From: an uncultured Candidatus Rokubacteria bacterium
Lineage (GTDB): Bacteria > Methylomirabilota > Methylomirabilia > Rokubacteriales > DASRDR01
Reading direction: 5' to 3'
Assembly (NCBI GenBank): GCA_963708025.1
Contig: CAVPSB010000049.1
Coordinates: 1 to 64,000 of the forward strand
DNA length: 64,000 nucleotides
The notes under the pieces were generated by a model. That model did no database searches. It was not told the origin of the DNA and was given only the letters and a program-made list of their open reading frames with translations. Numbering within the stretch: position 1 is the first letter of the stretch; the number at the start of each line of letters is the position of its first letter. This document shows, piece after piece, positions 19,564 through 29,909 of this stretch. Made by a program: the position numbers and the translations under genes.

Positions 19564-20103
19564 TCATAACTCTTCGATGGTCACCTGATCGTTCGTGTAG
19601 ACGCAGATGCCCGCCGCGATGCGCATGGCCTCGGCCACGACCCCTTTCGCGTCGAGGTCCGAGTGGGCGACGAGCGCTCGCGCCGCCGCCAGGGCGAAGG
19701 GCCCGCCCGTGCCGATGCCGATCAGGCCGTCATCGGGCTCGATCACCTCGCCGGTCCCGGAGACGATGAACGACGTCTCGGCGTCGGCGACGGCCAGGAG
19801 GGCCTCCAGGCGTCGCAGGACCCGGTCGGTCCGCCACTCCTTGGCCAGCTCGACCGCCGCCCGTCGCAGGTTCCCCCGGTACTCCTCGAGCTTGCCCTCG
19901 AACCGCTCGAAGAGCGTGAAGGCGTCGGCGGCGGTGCCGGCGAACCCGGCCAGCGCGCGATCGTGGTAGACCTTCCGGACCTTTTTCGCCGTCTGCTTGA
20001 CGATGGTCTGCCCCATGCTCACCTGGCCGTCGCCGCCCATGGCGACCCGGCCGCGGTGGCGGACGGCAAGGACAGTGGTGGCGTGAAAGACGGCGGGAGT
20101 CAT
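19564..20103 (-). CDS. hslV: ATP-dependent protease peptidase subunit
   Basis: [24 protein letters not shown]. Confidence 0.96.
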   Translation of the reverse strand: MTPAVFHATTVLAVRHRGRVAMGGDGQVSMGQTIVKQTAKKVRKVYHDRALAGFAGTAADAFTLFERFEGKLEEYRGNLRRAAVELAKEWRTDRVLRRLEALLAVADAETSFIVSGTGEVIEPDDGLIGIGTGGPFALAAARALVAHSDLDAKGVVAEAMRIAAGICVYTNDQVTIEEL

Positions 20104-20105
20104 CG

Positions 20106-20987
20106 TCACAGCGCCCGGGGATGGGCGGCGTCGTATACCTTCATCAGCCGATCCGTGGTGACGTGGGTGTACTTCTGGGTCGTCCCGAGCCGGGCGTGGC
20201 CGAGTAGCTCCTGGATGAGCCGCAGGTCCGCGCCGGCGTCGAGGAGGTGCGTGGCGAAGGTGTGGCGCAGCGTGTGGGGGCTGACCCGCCGGGAGAGCCC
20301 GGCCGCCCGGGCCCGGCCCCGGACGATCCGGTGCAGGCTCCGGACCGTGAGGCGCCCGCCGCGCCCGTTGAGGAAGAGGGGTCCCCCCGCTCGGCCCCCG
20401 AGATACGCCCGGAGCGCCTGGACCGCCTTGCCGCCCACCGGCACGATCCGCTCCTTGCTCCCCTTGCCGAGGACCCGCACGGCGCCGTCGCGGAGGTCCA
20501 CGTCCTCCACCGACAGGCCGGCCAGCTCGGCGACGCGGACGCCGGTCGCGTAGAACAGCTCCAGGATCGCCCCGTCCCGGCTCGTCGTCGCGGTCGCCGG
20601 GCCGTCCGCGCGCAAGAGCGCCTCCGATTCGTCGATCGGCAAGTAGGTCGGGAGCCGCTTGGGGAGCTTGGGAGACGAGAGCTCGCGCGCCGGGTTGCCG
20701 CGAGCGTGACCCCGCCGGACCAGGAAGTGGTAGAAGCTCCGGAGGGCGGCCAGGCGCCGGGCGACCGAGCTCCTGGCCAGCCCCCGCTCGTGGAGGTCGG
20801 CCAGGTAGGCGCGGAGAACCCGAGCGTCCGCTGCGACCAGGGCGCCCAGCCGGCGCCGCTCCAGGAAAGCCGAGCAATCAGCGAGATCGGTCCGGTAGCC
20901 CCGGAGGGTGTGATTCGACGCGCCCCGCTCCACCGCGAGGTATTTCAGGAAGCGGTCCACCGCGCCGCCGACCTTCGCCGCGGCCAC
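20106..20987 (-). CDS. xerC: Tyrosine recombinase XerC
   Basis: [32 protein letters not shown]; topA-xerC-hslVU context. Confidence 0.9.
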   Translation of the reverse strand: MAAAKVGGAVDRFLKYLAVERGASNHTLRGYRTDLADCSAFLERRRLGALVAADARVLRAYLADLHERGLARSSVARRLAALRSFYHFLVRRGHARGNPARELSSPKLPKRLPTYLPIDESEALLRADGPATATTSRDGAILELFYATGVRVAELAGLSVEDVDLRDGAVRVLGKGSKERIVPVGGKAVQALRAYLGGRAGGPLFLNGRGGRLTVRSLHRIVRGRARAAGLSRRVSPHTLRHTFATHLLDAGADLRLIQELLGHARLGTTQKYTHVTTDRLMKVYDAAHPRAL

Positions 20988-21002
20988 CGCCTGCTCTTTC
21001 AG

Positions 21003-23258
21003 CTACGCATCCTCAGCATCGCGCCGATAGTCGCACCCCTCCCGCCAGCACGCGAGGAATCGCTTGCCCCGGTTGGCGCGGGCGAGGAGGAAGGGCGCCC
21101 CGCACTTCGGGCACGGGCTGCCGACCGGCCGCTGCCACGCCACGAACTTGCACGCCGGGTAGTTCGCGCAGCCGTAGTAGAATTTCCCGCGCTTGCTCCG
21201 CCGCTCGGTCAGCTCGCCGCCGCAGCCTTCCTGGGGGCACTTGATCCCGATGGTGATCGGCCGCGTGGTCTTGCACTCCGGGTACCCCGAGCAGGCGATG
21301 AAGCGCCCGAAGCGCCCATCCTTGAAGACCATCGGCTTGCCGCAGGCCGGGCAGTCGATGCCGGCCGGCTGGGGCTCGGCCGGCTGGCCGTTGTCACCCA
21401 CGTTGCGGGTGTACTTGCAGTCGGGGTAGCGCTCGCAGGCCAGGAAGCGGCCGAAGCGACCCCAGCGCTCGAGGAGCTGCCCCTCACCGCACTGGGGGCA
21501 GACCTCCTCGGTCGGCTTGCCCTTCTTGAGGTCGTCCATCTCCCGGTGCGCGCGCTTGAGGTCCTTGGCGAAGCGGCTGTAGTACTCGCGCACCGTCTCC
21601 ACCCACTTGCGCTCGCCTTCCTCGATCTCGTCGAGCGACTCCTCCATCTGGGCCGTGAACTCGACCTCGAGGACGTCGGGGAAGGCTTCGACCAGGAGGT
21701 CGGTGACCACCTCGCCCAGGTCGGTCGGCGACAGCGCCCCCCGGTCGCGCTGGACGTACCCGCGCTTCTGGACCGTGCTGAGGATCTGGGCGTAGGTGGA
21801 CGGCCGCCCGATTCCCTTCTCCTCGAGCTCCTTCACCAGCGAGGCCTCGGTGTACCGGGGCAGCGGCTGCGTGAAGTGCTGCTTGGGATCGAGCCGGACC
21901 AGCCCCAGCCGCTGGCCCACCTCCAGCGGTGGCAGCCCCGACACCTCGCCCTCCGCCTCGTCGGCCCGCGACTCGCTCTCGTCCGGCGCCTCGATGTAGA
22001 CCGCCATGAACCCGGGCTCGCGGAGCGCCGAGCCTTGGGCCCGGAACAGGTACGCGCCGGCCGCGATGTCCACGGTCAGCGTGTCGTACACGGCCGGGCG
22101 CATCTGGCTGGCCAGGAAGCGGCCCCAGATCAGGCGGTAGAGTGCCTGCTGATCCCGTGTGAGGTGCCGGGCCAGCTCGTCGGGCCCCTGGGCGATGAGC
22201 GTCGGCCGGATGGCCTCGTGGGCCTCCTGGGCCGACTTCCGCGCCCGGTAGAAGGGCGGGCGATCGGGCAGGGTCTCGACGCCGTAGCGGGCGGCGATCA
22301 CCTCGCGGGCCTCGGTCTGGGCGTCGGGCGCCACCCGCGGGGAGTCGGTGCGCATGTAGGTGATGAGGCCGACCGGCCCGTCGGCACCGATCTCGACGCC
22401 CTCGTAGAGCTGCTGGGCGACCATCATCGTCTTCGAGGCGGAGAAGCGGAGCTTCCGCGCCGCCTCCTGCTGGAGGGTCGAGGTGATGAACGGCGGCGCC
22501 GGGTTCCGCTTGCGCTCGCTCCGGACGACGTCCTTGACGACGAAGGGAACGCCCTCGACGTCGGCGATGACGGCTCGGGTGTCGGCCTCGTTGGTGAGGT
22601 CGATCTTCTCCCCGGCCTTCTCCCGCAGCGTCGCCTCGAACTCCGGCGGGACGGCGCCCGTCAGGTGGGCGTGGAGACTCCAGTACTCCTGGGGGACGAA
22701 GGCGCGGATCGCCCGCTCCCGCTCCACGACCAGGCGGACCGCGACCGACTGGACGCGGCCGGCCGACAGACCCCGCCGCACGCGCTCCCAGAGGAGCGGG
22801 CTGATCTTGTATCCGACCAGGCGGTCCAGCACGCGCCGGGCCTGCTGGGCGTCCACCTTCTTCATGTCGATCTTGCCGGGCCGCGTGAAGGCCGCCTTGA
22901 CCGCCTTCTCGGTGATCTCGTTGAAGAGCACGCGGTGGACCCGGTCGCTCGGGAGCTTCATCTCGGTGGCCAGATGCCAGCCGATCGCCTCGCCTTCCCG
23001 GTCGGGGTCGGTCGCGACGTAGAGCGCCGGGGCGCCGCGGGCCGCCTTCTTCAGCTCCTCCAGCACCTTGGCCTTCGCCTTCAGCGTGACGTACTGCGGC
23101 TTGAAGTTCTTCTCGACGTCCACGCCGAGCTTGTTGGCCGGCAAGTCCCGGACGTGCCCGAGCGAGGCCTTCACCAGGAAGGTCTTGTCCAGGTACTTCT
23201 GGATGGTCTTGACCTTCGTGGGGGACTCGACGACGACCAGCGAGCGCTTGGCGGCCAT
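21003..23258 (-). CDS. topA: DNA topoisomerase I with C-terminal zinc ribbons
   Basis: VVESPTK, ATDPDREGE, SAGRVQS, ITYMRTDS. Confidence 0.97.
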   Translation of the reverse strand: MAAKRSLVVVESPTKVKTIQKYLDKTFLVKASLGHVRDLPANKLGVDVEKNFKPQYVTLKAKAKVLEELKKAARGAPALYVATDPDREGEAIGWHLATEMKLPSDRVHRVLFNEITEKAVKAAFTRPGKIDMKKVDAQQARRVLDRLVGYKISPLLWERVRRGLSAGRVQSVAVRLVVERERAIRAFVPQEYWSLHAHLTGAVPPEFEATLREKAGEKIDLTNEADTRAVIADVEGVPFVVKDVVRSERKRNPAPPFITSTLQQEAARKLRFSASKTMMVAQQLYEGVEIGADGPVGLITYMRTDSPRVAPDAQTEAREVIAARYGVETLPDRPPFYRARKSAQEAHEAIRPTLIAQGPDELARHLTRDQQALYRLIWGRFLASQMRPAVYDTLTVDIAAGAYLFRAQGSALREPGFMAVYIEAPDESESRADEAEGEVSGLPPLEVGQRLGLVRLDPKQHFTQPLPRYTEASLVKELEEKGIGRPSTYAQILSTVQKRGYVQRDRGALSPTDLGEVVTDLLVEAFPDVLEVEFTAQMEESLDEIEEGERKWVETVREYYSRFAKDLKRAHREMDDLKKGKPTEEVCPQCGEGQLLERWGRFGRFLACERYPDCKYTRNVGDNGQPAEPQPAGIDCPACGKPMVFKDGRFGRFIACSGYPECKTTRPITIGIKCPQEGCGGELTERRSKRGKFYYGCANYPACKFVAWQRPVGSPCPKCGAPFLLARANRGKRFLACWREGCDYRRDAEDA

Positions 23259-23263
23259 GATCC

Positions 23264-24382
23264 TTACCGGCGCACGTACCGCTGACCCGGCAGCTGGCGC
23301 ACGAGGCCCCGGAGCTCGAGGGTCATGAGCGAGGCCGCCACGTCGCCAGGCGCCAAGCCGCTCCTCTCGATCACGGCGTCGATGGGCACCGGCTCGTCGC
23401 CGAGGAGCGGCAGCAGCCGGTCGCCGGCGGGAGCGGCGGCGGTGGCCGCCGCCGGCGGGGGAGCGAGGGGACGCACCGCCGCTCGCCAGACCGGCGCCAG
23501 CTCGGCCACCACGTCCTCCGAGTCCCGCACGAGGCAGGCGCCGTCCTGGATCAGGCGGTTCGCGCCTTCGCTCATCGGGGAGGAGAGGTTCCCGGGCACC
23601 GCGTACACCTCGCGCCCCAGCTCGCCGGCCAGGCGCGCCGTGATGAGCGCGCCGCTCTTGTCACCCGCCTCGACCACGACCGTGCCCAGGGTCAGCCCCG
23701 CAATCACGCGGTTCCGGATCGGGAAGTGGGCCGGCAGGGGCGCCGTGCCCATCGGGAACTGCGACACCACCGCTCCCGCCGCCGCGATCGAGCGTGCCAG
23801 GTCACGGTTCTCCGGTGGGTACACCACGTCGAGGCCGCTGCCGAGGATGGCCAGGGTGCGACCCCCGGCGCCCAGGGCGGCGCGGTGGGCGGCGGTGTCC
23901 ACCCCGCGCGCGAGCCCGCTCACCACCGTCATGCCGCGCGCCGCGAGGTCGCCGGCCAGCCGCCCGGCGTGGCGCAGCCCGTAGGCCGACGCCTTCCGGG
24001 AGCCGACGACCGCGATGGAGAGAGCGTCCTCGCGGACCAGGGTCCCGCGCACGAGCAGGAACGGCGGCGGCAGCGGCACGCGCTTGAGCGACGCCGGATA
24101 CTCCGCATCCTCCAGCGTCACCAACCGCGCCCCGACCTGCTCGGCCGCCTCCCGCTGCCGGGCGGCGACCCCATTCGCATCGAACGCGCGAAGCTTCGTG
24201 GCCAGGGCATCCCCCATGCTCGCCGTCAGCGCGCGTCCCGAGGCGCGGAACAGCTCCGCCGGCGACGCCACCTCGAGCAGGTCGTGGTAGCGACGGGAGT
24301 CCCAGCCGACGCCGGGCGCCAGCATGAGCGCCACCCATGCCCATCGATCATCGGTCGTCATCTCTTCATCACCATACACCAT
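23264..24382 (-). CDS. dprA: DNA-processing protein DprA/Smf
   Basis: AVVGSR, VSGLARGVD, FPIRNRVIAG, SGALITA. Confidence 0.95.
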   Translation of the reverse strand: MVYGDEEMTTDDRWAWVALMLAPGVGWDSRRYHDLLEVASPAELFRASGRALTASMGDALATKLRAFDANGVAARQREAAEQVGARLVTLEDAEYPASLKRVPLPPPFLLVRGTLVREDALSIAVVGSRKASAYGLRHAGRLAGDLAARGMTVVSGLARGVDTAAHRAALGAGGRTLAILGSGLDVVYPPENRDLARSIAAAGAVVSQFPMGTAPLPAHFPIRNRVIAGLTLGTVVVEAGDKSGALITARLAGELGREVYAVPGNLSSPMSEGANRLIQDGACLVRDSEDVVAELAPVWRAAVRPLAPPPAAATAAAPAGDRLLPLLGDEPVPIDAVIERSGLAPGDVAASLMTLELRGLVRQLPGQRYVRR

Positions 24383-24568
24383 CGTGTCAAGATCGCCCCT
24401 TCGGCCGGGTCGGCCGAAAAGTAGCCGCCATCCTACACGCGTGGTCGAACGCCAGTCAAGAAACGGACACGGGCAGTCCAGGATCGGGACATTCGGGCTG
24501 ACAGAATCACGGGTTGGACCCGGCCGGCGTTCCCGGATGCGGCCGGCGCCCCGAGCCCCGAGGGCACG

Positions 24569-25474
24569 CTACCGGTCGGCGGTCGTCCCGGGCTTGGCGG
24601 CGCGGGGGACCTCGCGCAGCGCCAGGCGCGCCCGCTGGGCCGCCTCGGTCTGTGGGAAGTCGGCGATGAGCTGGGTCCAGGCGTCGCGCGCGCGGTCCTG
24701 GCGCTTCAGCGCGCGGAAGGCGAGCCCGAGCTTGTAGAGCGCCTCCGCCGACTTCTCCCCCTTGGGCGCCATCTCGACGGCCTTTCGGTACTCGACGGTG
24801 GCGTGCTGGTAGTCGCGGGCGTTGTAGTAGGCCTCGCCGATCAGGAACTGGGCCGTCCCCGCCAGCGGGTGCGAGGGGTTCCGCGCCACGAAGTCCTCGA
24901 AGTCGAGGATGGCCTGGGCCAGCTCCCCGTTCTTGAAGCTCTCCGTGCCGCGGGCAAACAGCTCGTCGGCGGCCATCGAGGGGGACGCCGCCCGCGTCGC
25001 CGGCTTCACCCGGGCTTCCCGCCGGGGCGGCGGCGCGCTGTTCGCGGTGGACACCGTCTCCAGCTTGGCGACCTGGTCGGACAGCCCCCCGACCGACATC
25101 TCGACGCCGCGCACCGCCCCGGCCAGCGCCTCGAGCCGCCTCTCGGATCCGGCGACGCGCTTGCCCATCGCGTCGACCGCCTCTCGCTGGCGCGCGTCGG
25201 CGTCTCGGATCGCCTGCTCCAGGTCGCGTCGGATCGTGTCGAGCTGGCCACGGACCCCGGCCAGCTCCTTGCGAAGCTCCTCGGTGGCCCGCTGGACCTC
25301 GACGAGTCGAACGTTGGTGTGGCGGGACTCTTCCTCGAGCAGTCTGACCGGCTTGGAGGACGCGCACCCGGCGACAGCCACCGCCAGGAGGAGGGGCGGG
25401 ACCAGGATGGGCGCCGCCGGCCACCGGTGCAGCGCTAGAGCCACTCCTCGAACGCCCCTCCCGTCACGTTGCAT
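24569..25474 (-). CDS. cpoB: Tol-Pal TPR lipoprotein CpoB/YbgF-like
   Basis: Lipobox VAGC, coiled coil, AQFLIGEAYY..EALYKLG TPRs. Confidence 0.8.
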   Translation of the reverse strand: MQRDGRGVRGVALALHRWPAAPILVPPLLLAVAVAGCASSKPVRLLEEESRHTNVRLVEVQRATEELRKELAGVRGQLDTIRRDLEQAIRDADARQREAVDAMGKRVAGSERRLEALAGAVRGVEMSVGGLSDQVAKLETVSTANSAPPPRREARVKPATRAASPSMAADELFARGTESFKNGELAQAILDFEDFVARNPSHPLAGTAQFLIGEAYYNARDYQHATVEYRKAVEMAPKGEKSAEALYKLGLAFRALKRQDRARDAWTQLIADFPQTEAAQRARLALREVPRAAKPGTTADR

Positions 25475-25526
25475 CCGGCGGCACCGTAGCACCCGGCGGA
25501 AACCCGTGTCAAGTTTCTGGCGGGCC

Positions 25527-25681
25527 GGGCCGATGAGCGTCGCATCGCGTCGTCGTGCGGACGGCCTTCGGCCTTCGGGTCGTCGCCGATCCTCGGCGTA
25601 CTCGGAGTACGCCTGCGGTCGGCGACTCCCTGCGTCCATTGGACGGCCTTCGGCCCGTGGGCGCTGCTCGCTCCTCGGCCC
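25527..25681 (-). repeat. Intergenic repeat family A (MITE/REP-like), inverted copy
   Basis: Reverse complement closely matches 43867-44001. Confidence 0.85.
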
Positions 25682-25837
25682 CGCCCCAGGAACTTATCCC
25701 CTTCCCAGCGCCCATCGGCTTCTCCTGACCCTCGGGCCCTGGCCACGCGGTCATGGTGTTCCACTTCGAGCCGCGGCTTCGCCGCGGCCTTCCGAGGGGG
25801 GGCCTCGGGGGGGTCTTCCGAGACCCCCCCGAAGTCT

Positions 25838-26704
25838 TCAGCGGGGGACGACCTGAAGCTGGAGGAAGATCTGGGCGCTCTCCGACAGGGGATAGGGCAC
25901 CTCGCCCTTCGGCCCGAACCACCGGTCGTAGAGCTTCTGGTACTCCCCTCGCTCGATCGCCTCCATCAGCGTGACGTCGACGAGGTTCCGGAAGTCCGAG
26001 TCGTTCTTCCGCATCGCCATCCCGTAGGGTTCGTAGGTGTAGAACTCGCCGACGACCTCCCACTCGGCCGGATTCGGAGCCCGGATCTTGAGGCCCGCGA
26101 GCTGGACGCCGTCGTTGGTGTAGGCGTCGATCTTCCCCTGAACGAGCGCGGTGAAGGCGGCCGGCTGGTCGGGGAACACCAGGAGCTGGGCCTGGGGCTG
26201 CTTCTCGCGGAGCACCTTCTCGTTCGTCGAGCCCTGCTGGGCCCCGATCTTCCGGCCAGCCACGTCGCGCAGGCCCTTGATGGGGCTCCCCTTCTTCACC
26301 AGGAACTGGGCCCCGGTCACGAAGAACACGAGGCTGAAGTCGACGCTCTCCCGCCGGGCCCGGGTCACCGTCATGGTGCCGGCGATCAGGTCAACGGCCC
26401 CGCTGGTCAGGAGCGGGATGCGGGTAGCCGGCGTGGACTCCTTCAGCTCGAGCTTCACGGGCTTGCCGAGCTTCTTCTGGACGCTGGCGTTGACCAGCCG
26501 GGCCAGGTCAACCGAGAAGCCCACCCACTGGTTCTCCCGGTCGATGAAGCCGAACGGGGGCGAGCCGGTCCGGGTGCCGACGACGAGGGTGCCGCTGCGG
26601 CCGATCTTCTCGAGCGTCGTCTCGGCCCCGACCGGCCCGGCGGCGGCCCCGATGATGGACAGCGCCAGGACGACCACGGCTCCCTTCCGTGCTGCGGTGC
26701 TCAT
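25838..26704 (-). CDS. Polar amino-acid ABC transporter substrate-binding protein (GltI-like)
   Basis: GTRTGSPPF, TRIPLL, VDFS, EPYGMAMRKND; signal peptide. Confidence 0.9.
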   Translation of the reverse strand: MSTAARKGAVVVLALSIIGAAAGPVGAETTLEKIGRSGTLVVGTRTGSPPFGFIDRENQWVGFSVDLARLVNASVQKKLGKPVKLELKESTPATRIPLLTSGAVDLIAGTMTVTRARRESVDFSLVFFVTGAQFLVKKGSPIKGLRDVAGRKIGAQQGSTNEKVLREKQPQAQLLVFPDQPAAFTALVQGKIDAYTNDGVQLAGLKIRAPNPAEWEVVGEFYTYEPYGMAMRKNDSDFRNLVDVTLMEAIERGEYQKLYDRWFGPKGEVPYPLSESAQIFLQLQVVPR

Positions 26705-26738
26705 GTCACGCCTCCTTGTTCGGGTCACTGTTCGCAGA

Positions 26739-26810
26739 CCTCCCACCTCCCCCAGCCGCCCTCCCCCACCGCTGGACGGCCTTCGGCTTGGGGGGAGGGG
26801 GGGGCGGAGG
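26739..26810. repeat. C-rich/G-rich palindromic repeat family C (also 42308-42365, 52630-52691)
   Basis: CCTCCC..CCCCCA..CCCTCCCCCACC..GGGGGGAGGGGGG..CGGAG. Confidence 0.8.
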
Positions 26811-26842
26811 ACGACCCTCCCGGAAGCTGCGCTCACCGGCCT

Positions 26843-27652
26843 TCACGGTGTGCCGACCACCGTCGCGGAGGAGAGCCGGAGCGTCACGACGAGGTCGGCG
26901 AGCATCCGCAGGGCGGTCGCGAGGACGAGGACCGCCAGCAAGAGCCGCAGCCCGCGCGCCGGCACGCGGCGGCTCACGGTGGCTCCGCTCCAGGAGCCCG
27001 GAAGGGCGCCCACGCACAGAGCCGCCGCCCACGGCAGGACGATCTGACCGGTGGAGAGCTTGGCCACCAACCCCGCCAGCGAGGAAACCAGCACCACCCC
27101 CAGGGAGCTGCCGATGGCGGCCCGGGTCGGGATGCCGAGGAAGTAGATCATGACCGGGATCGTCAGGAAGGCGCCGCCGACCCCCACCAGCCCGGAGAGC
27201 ACGCCGATCGCCACCGCGGTGCCGAGAGCAAGCGGGCGGGAGAACTCGCGAGCCGGCCCCGCGCCGATCTCGTCGGCCGGTGGCGGGACAAACAGGAGGG
27301 GCGCCGCCGCCAGCGCGAGGACGACGAAGGCCCCCTCCAGCGCGGTGAGCGTCGCGTACTTCGACGCCACCCCGCCGGCGGCGGCGCCCACCGCCATGCC
27401 CGGGCCCATCCAGCGCACGACCTGCGGCCGGGTGGCCTGGCTCCGTCGGTGGACCAGGAAGCCGAGCAGCGCGGCGGCGAACACCTGGACGATGGTGATG
27501 CCCGCCACGTGACGCATGTTGAGGGAGGGAAACCCGAAGAGCTGCGGCACGTAGAGAAGGAGCGGGAACAGGACGATGCCGCCCCCGACTCCCAGAAGGC
27601 CGGAGAGGAAGCCCCCGACGAAGCCGAGGCCAGCCAGGAGGCCGAAGAGCAC
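26843..27652 (-). CDS. Sulfite exporter TauE/SafE family permease
   Basis: Repeated SGLLGVGGG / SGLVGVGG motifs, multi-TM. Confidence 0.88.
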   Translation of the reverse strand: MLFGLLAGLGFVGGFLSGLLGVGGGIVLFPLLLYVPQLFGFPSLNMRHVAGITIVQVFAAALLGFLVHRRSQATRPQVVRWMGPGMAVGAAAGGVASKYATLTALEGAFVVLALAAAPLLFVPPPADEIGAGPAREFSRPLALGTAVAIGVLSGLVGVGGAFLTIPVMIYFLGIPTRAAIGSSLGVVLVSSLAGLVAKLSTGQIVLPWAAALCVGALPGSWSGATVSRRVPARGLRLLLAVLVLATALRMLADLVVTLRLSSATVVGTP

Positions 27653-27742
27653 GGTGCCGCGAGTATAGCCCGGCGGTCGGAGCCCTCACAACCTCCCCGC
27701 GCGTGCTTGTCGTCGAGCGTGGGGCGGGCTAAGATCACGCGC

Positions 27743-28768
27743 GTGGACGCCCCGTCCCTGCCGATGGTGGCGACCGCCCTCCTCGCCGGCCTCGCCTTCG
27801 GCTACGCGGCGCAGCGGGGCGGTTTCTGCCTGATGCGCGCGCTGTCGAACCTGGTGCTGATGGGCGACAGCTCGATCGCGCGCGCGTACGTCCTGGCCCT
27901 GCTGGTCGCTGTCGTGGGGACGTTCCTGCTGACCGTGGCCGGCGCCCACCTGCCGCTGCTCGAGTTCGCGGAGGAGATCCCGGTCCGGTCCTTCCGCTGG
28001 CTGGCCAACGTCGTCGGCGGCTTCGTCTTCGGCATCGGCATGGTCCTGAGCGGCGGCTGCGCCGGCAGCACCTGGTACCGCCTCGGCGAAGGAGCGGTCG
28101 GTGCCGCCGTCGTTCTCCTCGGCTTCGCGCTGGGCGCGACGGCGACCAACGTGGGGATCCTGGCCCCGGTCCGCCAGACGCTCCAGCAGCACGAGGTGAT
28201 GCTGGCCGACCGGCCGCCGACGCTCTACCTCGCCGCCCAGACCCTCGGCGTCTCCCCGTGGGTCGTGCTCGCCGTCGTCGTCCTCGCCGTCGGGCTCTGG
28301 CTGGCGCGCGGCCGCGCGGAGCCTGGGCACAACAAGTGGCGCTGGCCGGTCACCGGCAGCGTGATCGGACTCATCATCGTGCTCGGCTGGTACCTCTCGT
28401 CGTTCGGCGGCCCTCCGGTCGGCATCACCTTCGCCGAGAACACCGGCCACCTCCTCACCTACCCGCTCGTCTGGTTCCCGAACCGGATCACCTGGGGGAT
28501 GGTGCTGCTGGTGGGCGTGCCGGTCGGCGCCGGCCTGGCGGCCTGGCTGAGCGGCGATTTCGCGTGGAAGCTGCCGGCGGCCTCGACCGGGATCCAGCTC
28601 TTCGCCGGCGGCCTCGTCATGGGCGTCGGCGCCCTGATCGCGCAAGGGTGCAACATCACCCAGGGGCTCACCTACGCCTCCACCCTCTCGGTGGGGAGCC
28701 TGACCGCGCTGGCCGCCATGCTGGCCGGCGGCTGGGTCGCCCTGTGGGTGATGTTCCTCCGCAAGTAA
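27743..28768 (+). CDS. YeeE/YedE thiosulfate transporter family protein
   Basis: RGGFC, SGGCAG, QGCNI conserved Cys; TTGTCG-17-TAAGAT 7 nt before the GTG. Confidence 0.9.
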   Translation: MDAPSLPMVATALLAGLAFGYAAQRGGFCLMRALSNLVLMGDSSIARAYVLALLVAVVGTFLLTVAGAHLPLLEFAEEIPVRSFRWLANVVGGFVFGIGMVLSGGCAGSTWYRLGEGAVGAAVVLLGFALGATATNVGILAPVRQTLQQHEVMLADRPPTLYLAAQTLGVSPWVVLAVVVLAVGLWLARGRAEPGHNKWRWPVTGSVIGLIIVLGWYLSSFGGPPVGITFAENTGHLLTYPLVWFPNRITWGMVLLVGVPVGAGLAAWLSGDFAWKLPAASTGIQLFAGGLVMGVGALIAQGCNITQGLTYASTLSVGSLTALAAMLAGGWVALWVMFLRK

Positions 28769-29075
28769 CGCGCGATATCAGGCCGGGCCGCCACGCTTCC
28801 CGAGCGTCAGCCGACACCATCGCCAGACCAGGCACATCGACAGGGCCAGCGGCACCGTCACCAGGATCCCGGCCGCCGCGAACACGACGAACAGATACGG
28901 CCACTCCAGGCCTCCGATCCCGGCGATGTCGTAGAAGAAGCGGTTCGCGAAGAGGAGGCGGTGCGTCCCGCCGTCGGGCGGCCACCGGGGCGCCATCGTC
29001 CCGGTTGTGTCCGCAAGGCGTGCGCGAGGCGCTCGCTCAGAAGCTAGGAAACGCCAGCCACGATGAGCAGCCAGC

Positions 29076-29775
29076 TCAGCACGGCAGGGTAGCTGCCGAG
29101 TAGCGGCCGAGCTCCCACACGCGCGTGCTGCCTTCGACTGTTCCGCGCGCCGTCCTCGGAAAGTCCTTGAAGAACTCTTCGAAGACGGGGACGGCCGGCG
29201 ACGCCCACCGCGTGGAGACCGTCGGTGGCCTCGTCCCACTCGAGGAGCACGGCGGCCAGCGGCAGCTCGGCCGGCGGCTGGAGGGGAACGGCGCCCCGCG
29301 CCGGATCGAAGGCGCTCCCGTGGACGCAGCAGGTGATGATGCCGCCCCGCCCGGCCACCGTCGCCGGCTGGTCGGCGGGGAAGTAATGGATCATCGCCGC
29401 CTCGCGCGTCGGGTGGGTGTAGGTGTGCGGGCAGATCGCCGCGTAGGCCACGATCGACCGGCCGCGCCCGACGCCGCCCGGCCAGGCGTAACTCCCGCCG
29501 TCGCGGAGCGTCACCTGCGCCGCCGGCACCGGCCGGCCGAGGTCGAGCAGGAAGCAGGGTGTCCCCTCGAAGGGATAGAGGAAGACGTAGTCCCGCTCGG
29601 GGACGAGCTGGGACGCCCGCAGAGCGGCGCCGCCGTCGAGGACGAGCTGGACCCGAGTCCCGCGCTGCCCCTGCGCCTCCGCAACCCCAAGCTCCCCGAC
29701 CGGACACGCCCCCCGGAGCAGCGCCATCCCAGCGACCGCGCTACACCCGAGGAATCCTCTCCGCCTCATGATCAC
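29076..29775 (-). CDS. Tat-exported Rieske [2Fe-2S] protein, frameshift near 29190
   Basis: RRRGFL; AICPH and TCCVHGSAFD; C-terminus VFEEFFKDF..TLPC* in a shifted frame. Confidence 0.85.
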
Positions 29776-29788
29776 CCGGGCAACCAGC

Positions 29789-29904
29789 GGGCCGAGACCC
29801 GAGCAGCCCTAGGACGCAGGGCTGGCGCCCACCGGAGGCGTACGCCCTGGTACGCCGAGGATGGGCGCCGGCCGAGGACGACGGGATGCGACGGGTATCG
29901 GCCC
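29789..29904 (+). repeat. Intergenic repeat family A, minimal copy
   Basis: GGGCCGAGACCCG..GAGGCGTAC-n5-GTACGCCGAG..CGGGTATCGGCCC. Confidence 0.9.
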
Positions 29905-29909
29905 GCTGG

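Noticed and set aside
20106-20987. Second tyrosine recombinase as another mobile element
   Set aside because: Sits in the conserved dprA-topA-xerC-hslVU context; housekeeping XerC
20247-23285. Long antisense ORFs (1012 aa here; also 37697-40603, 35777-37645 and others)
   Set aside because: Shadow frames of real high-GC genes with no recognisable motifs
28778-28996. Short membrane-protein-like ORF end (FFYDIAGIGGLEWPYLF..)
   Set aside because: Possibly a gene remnant, but no family or reliable start could be assigned
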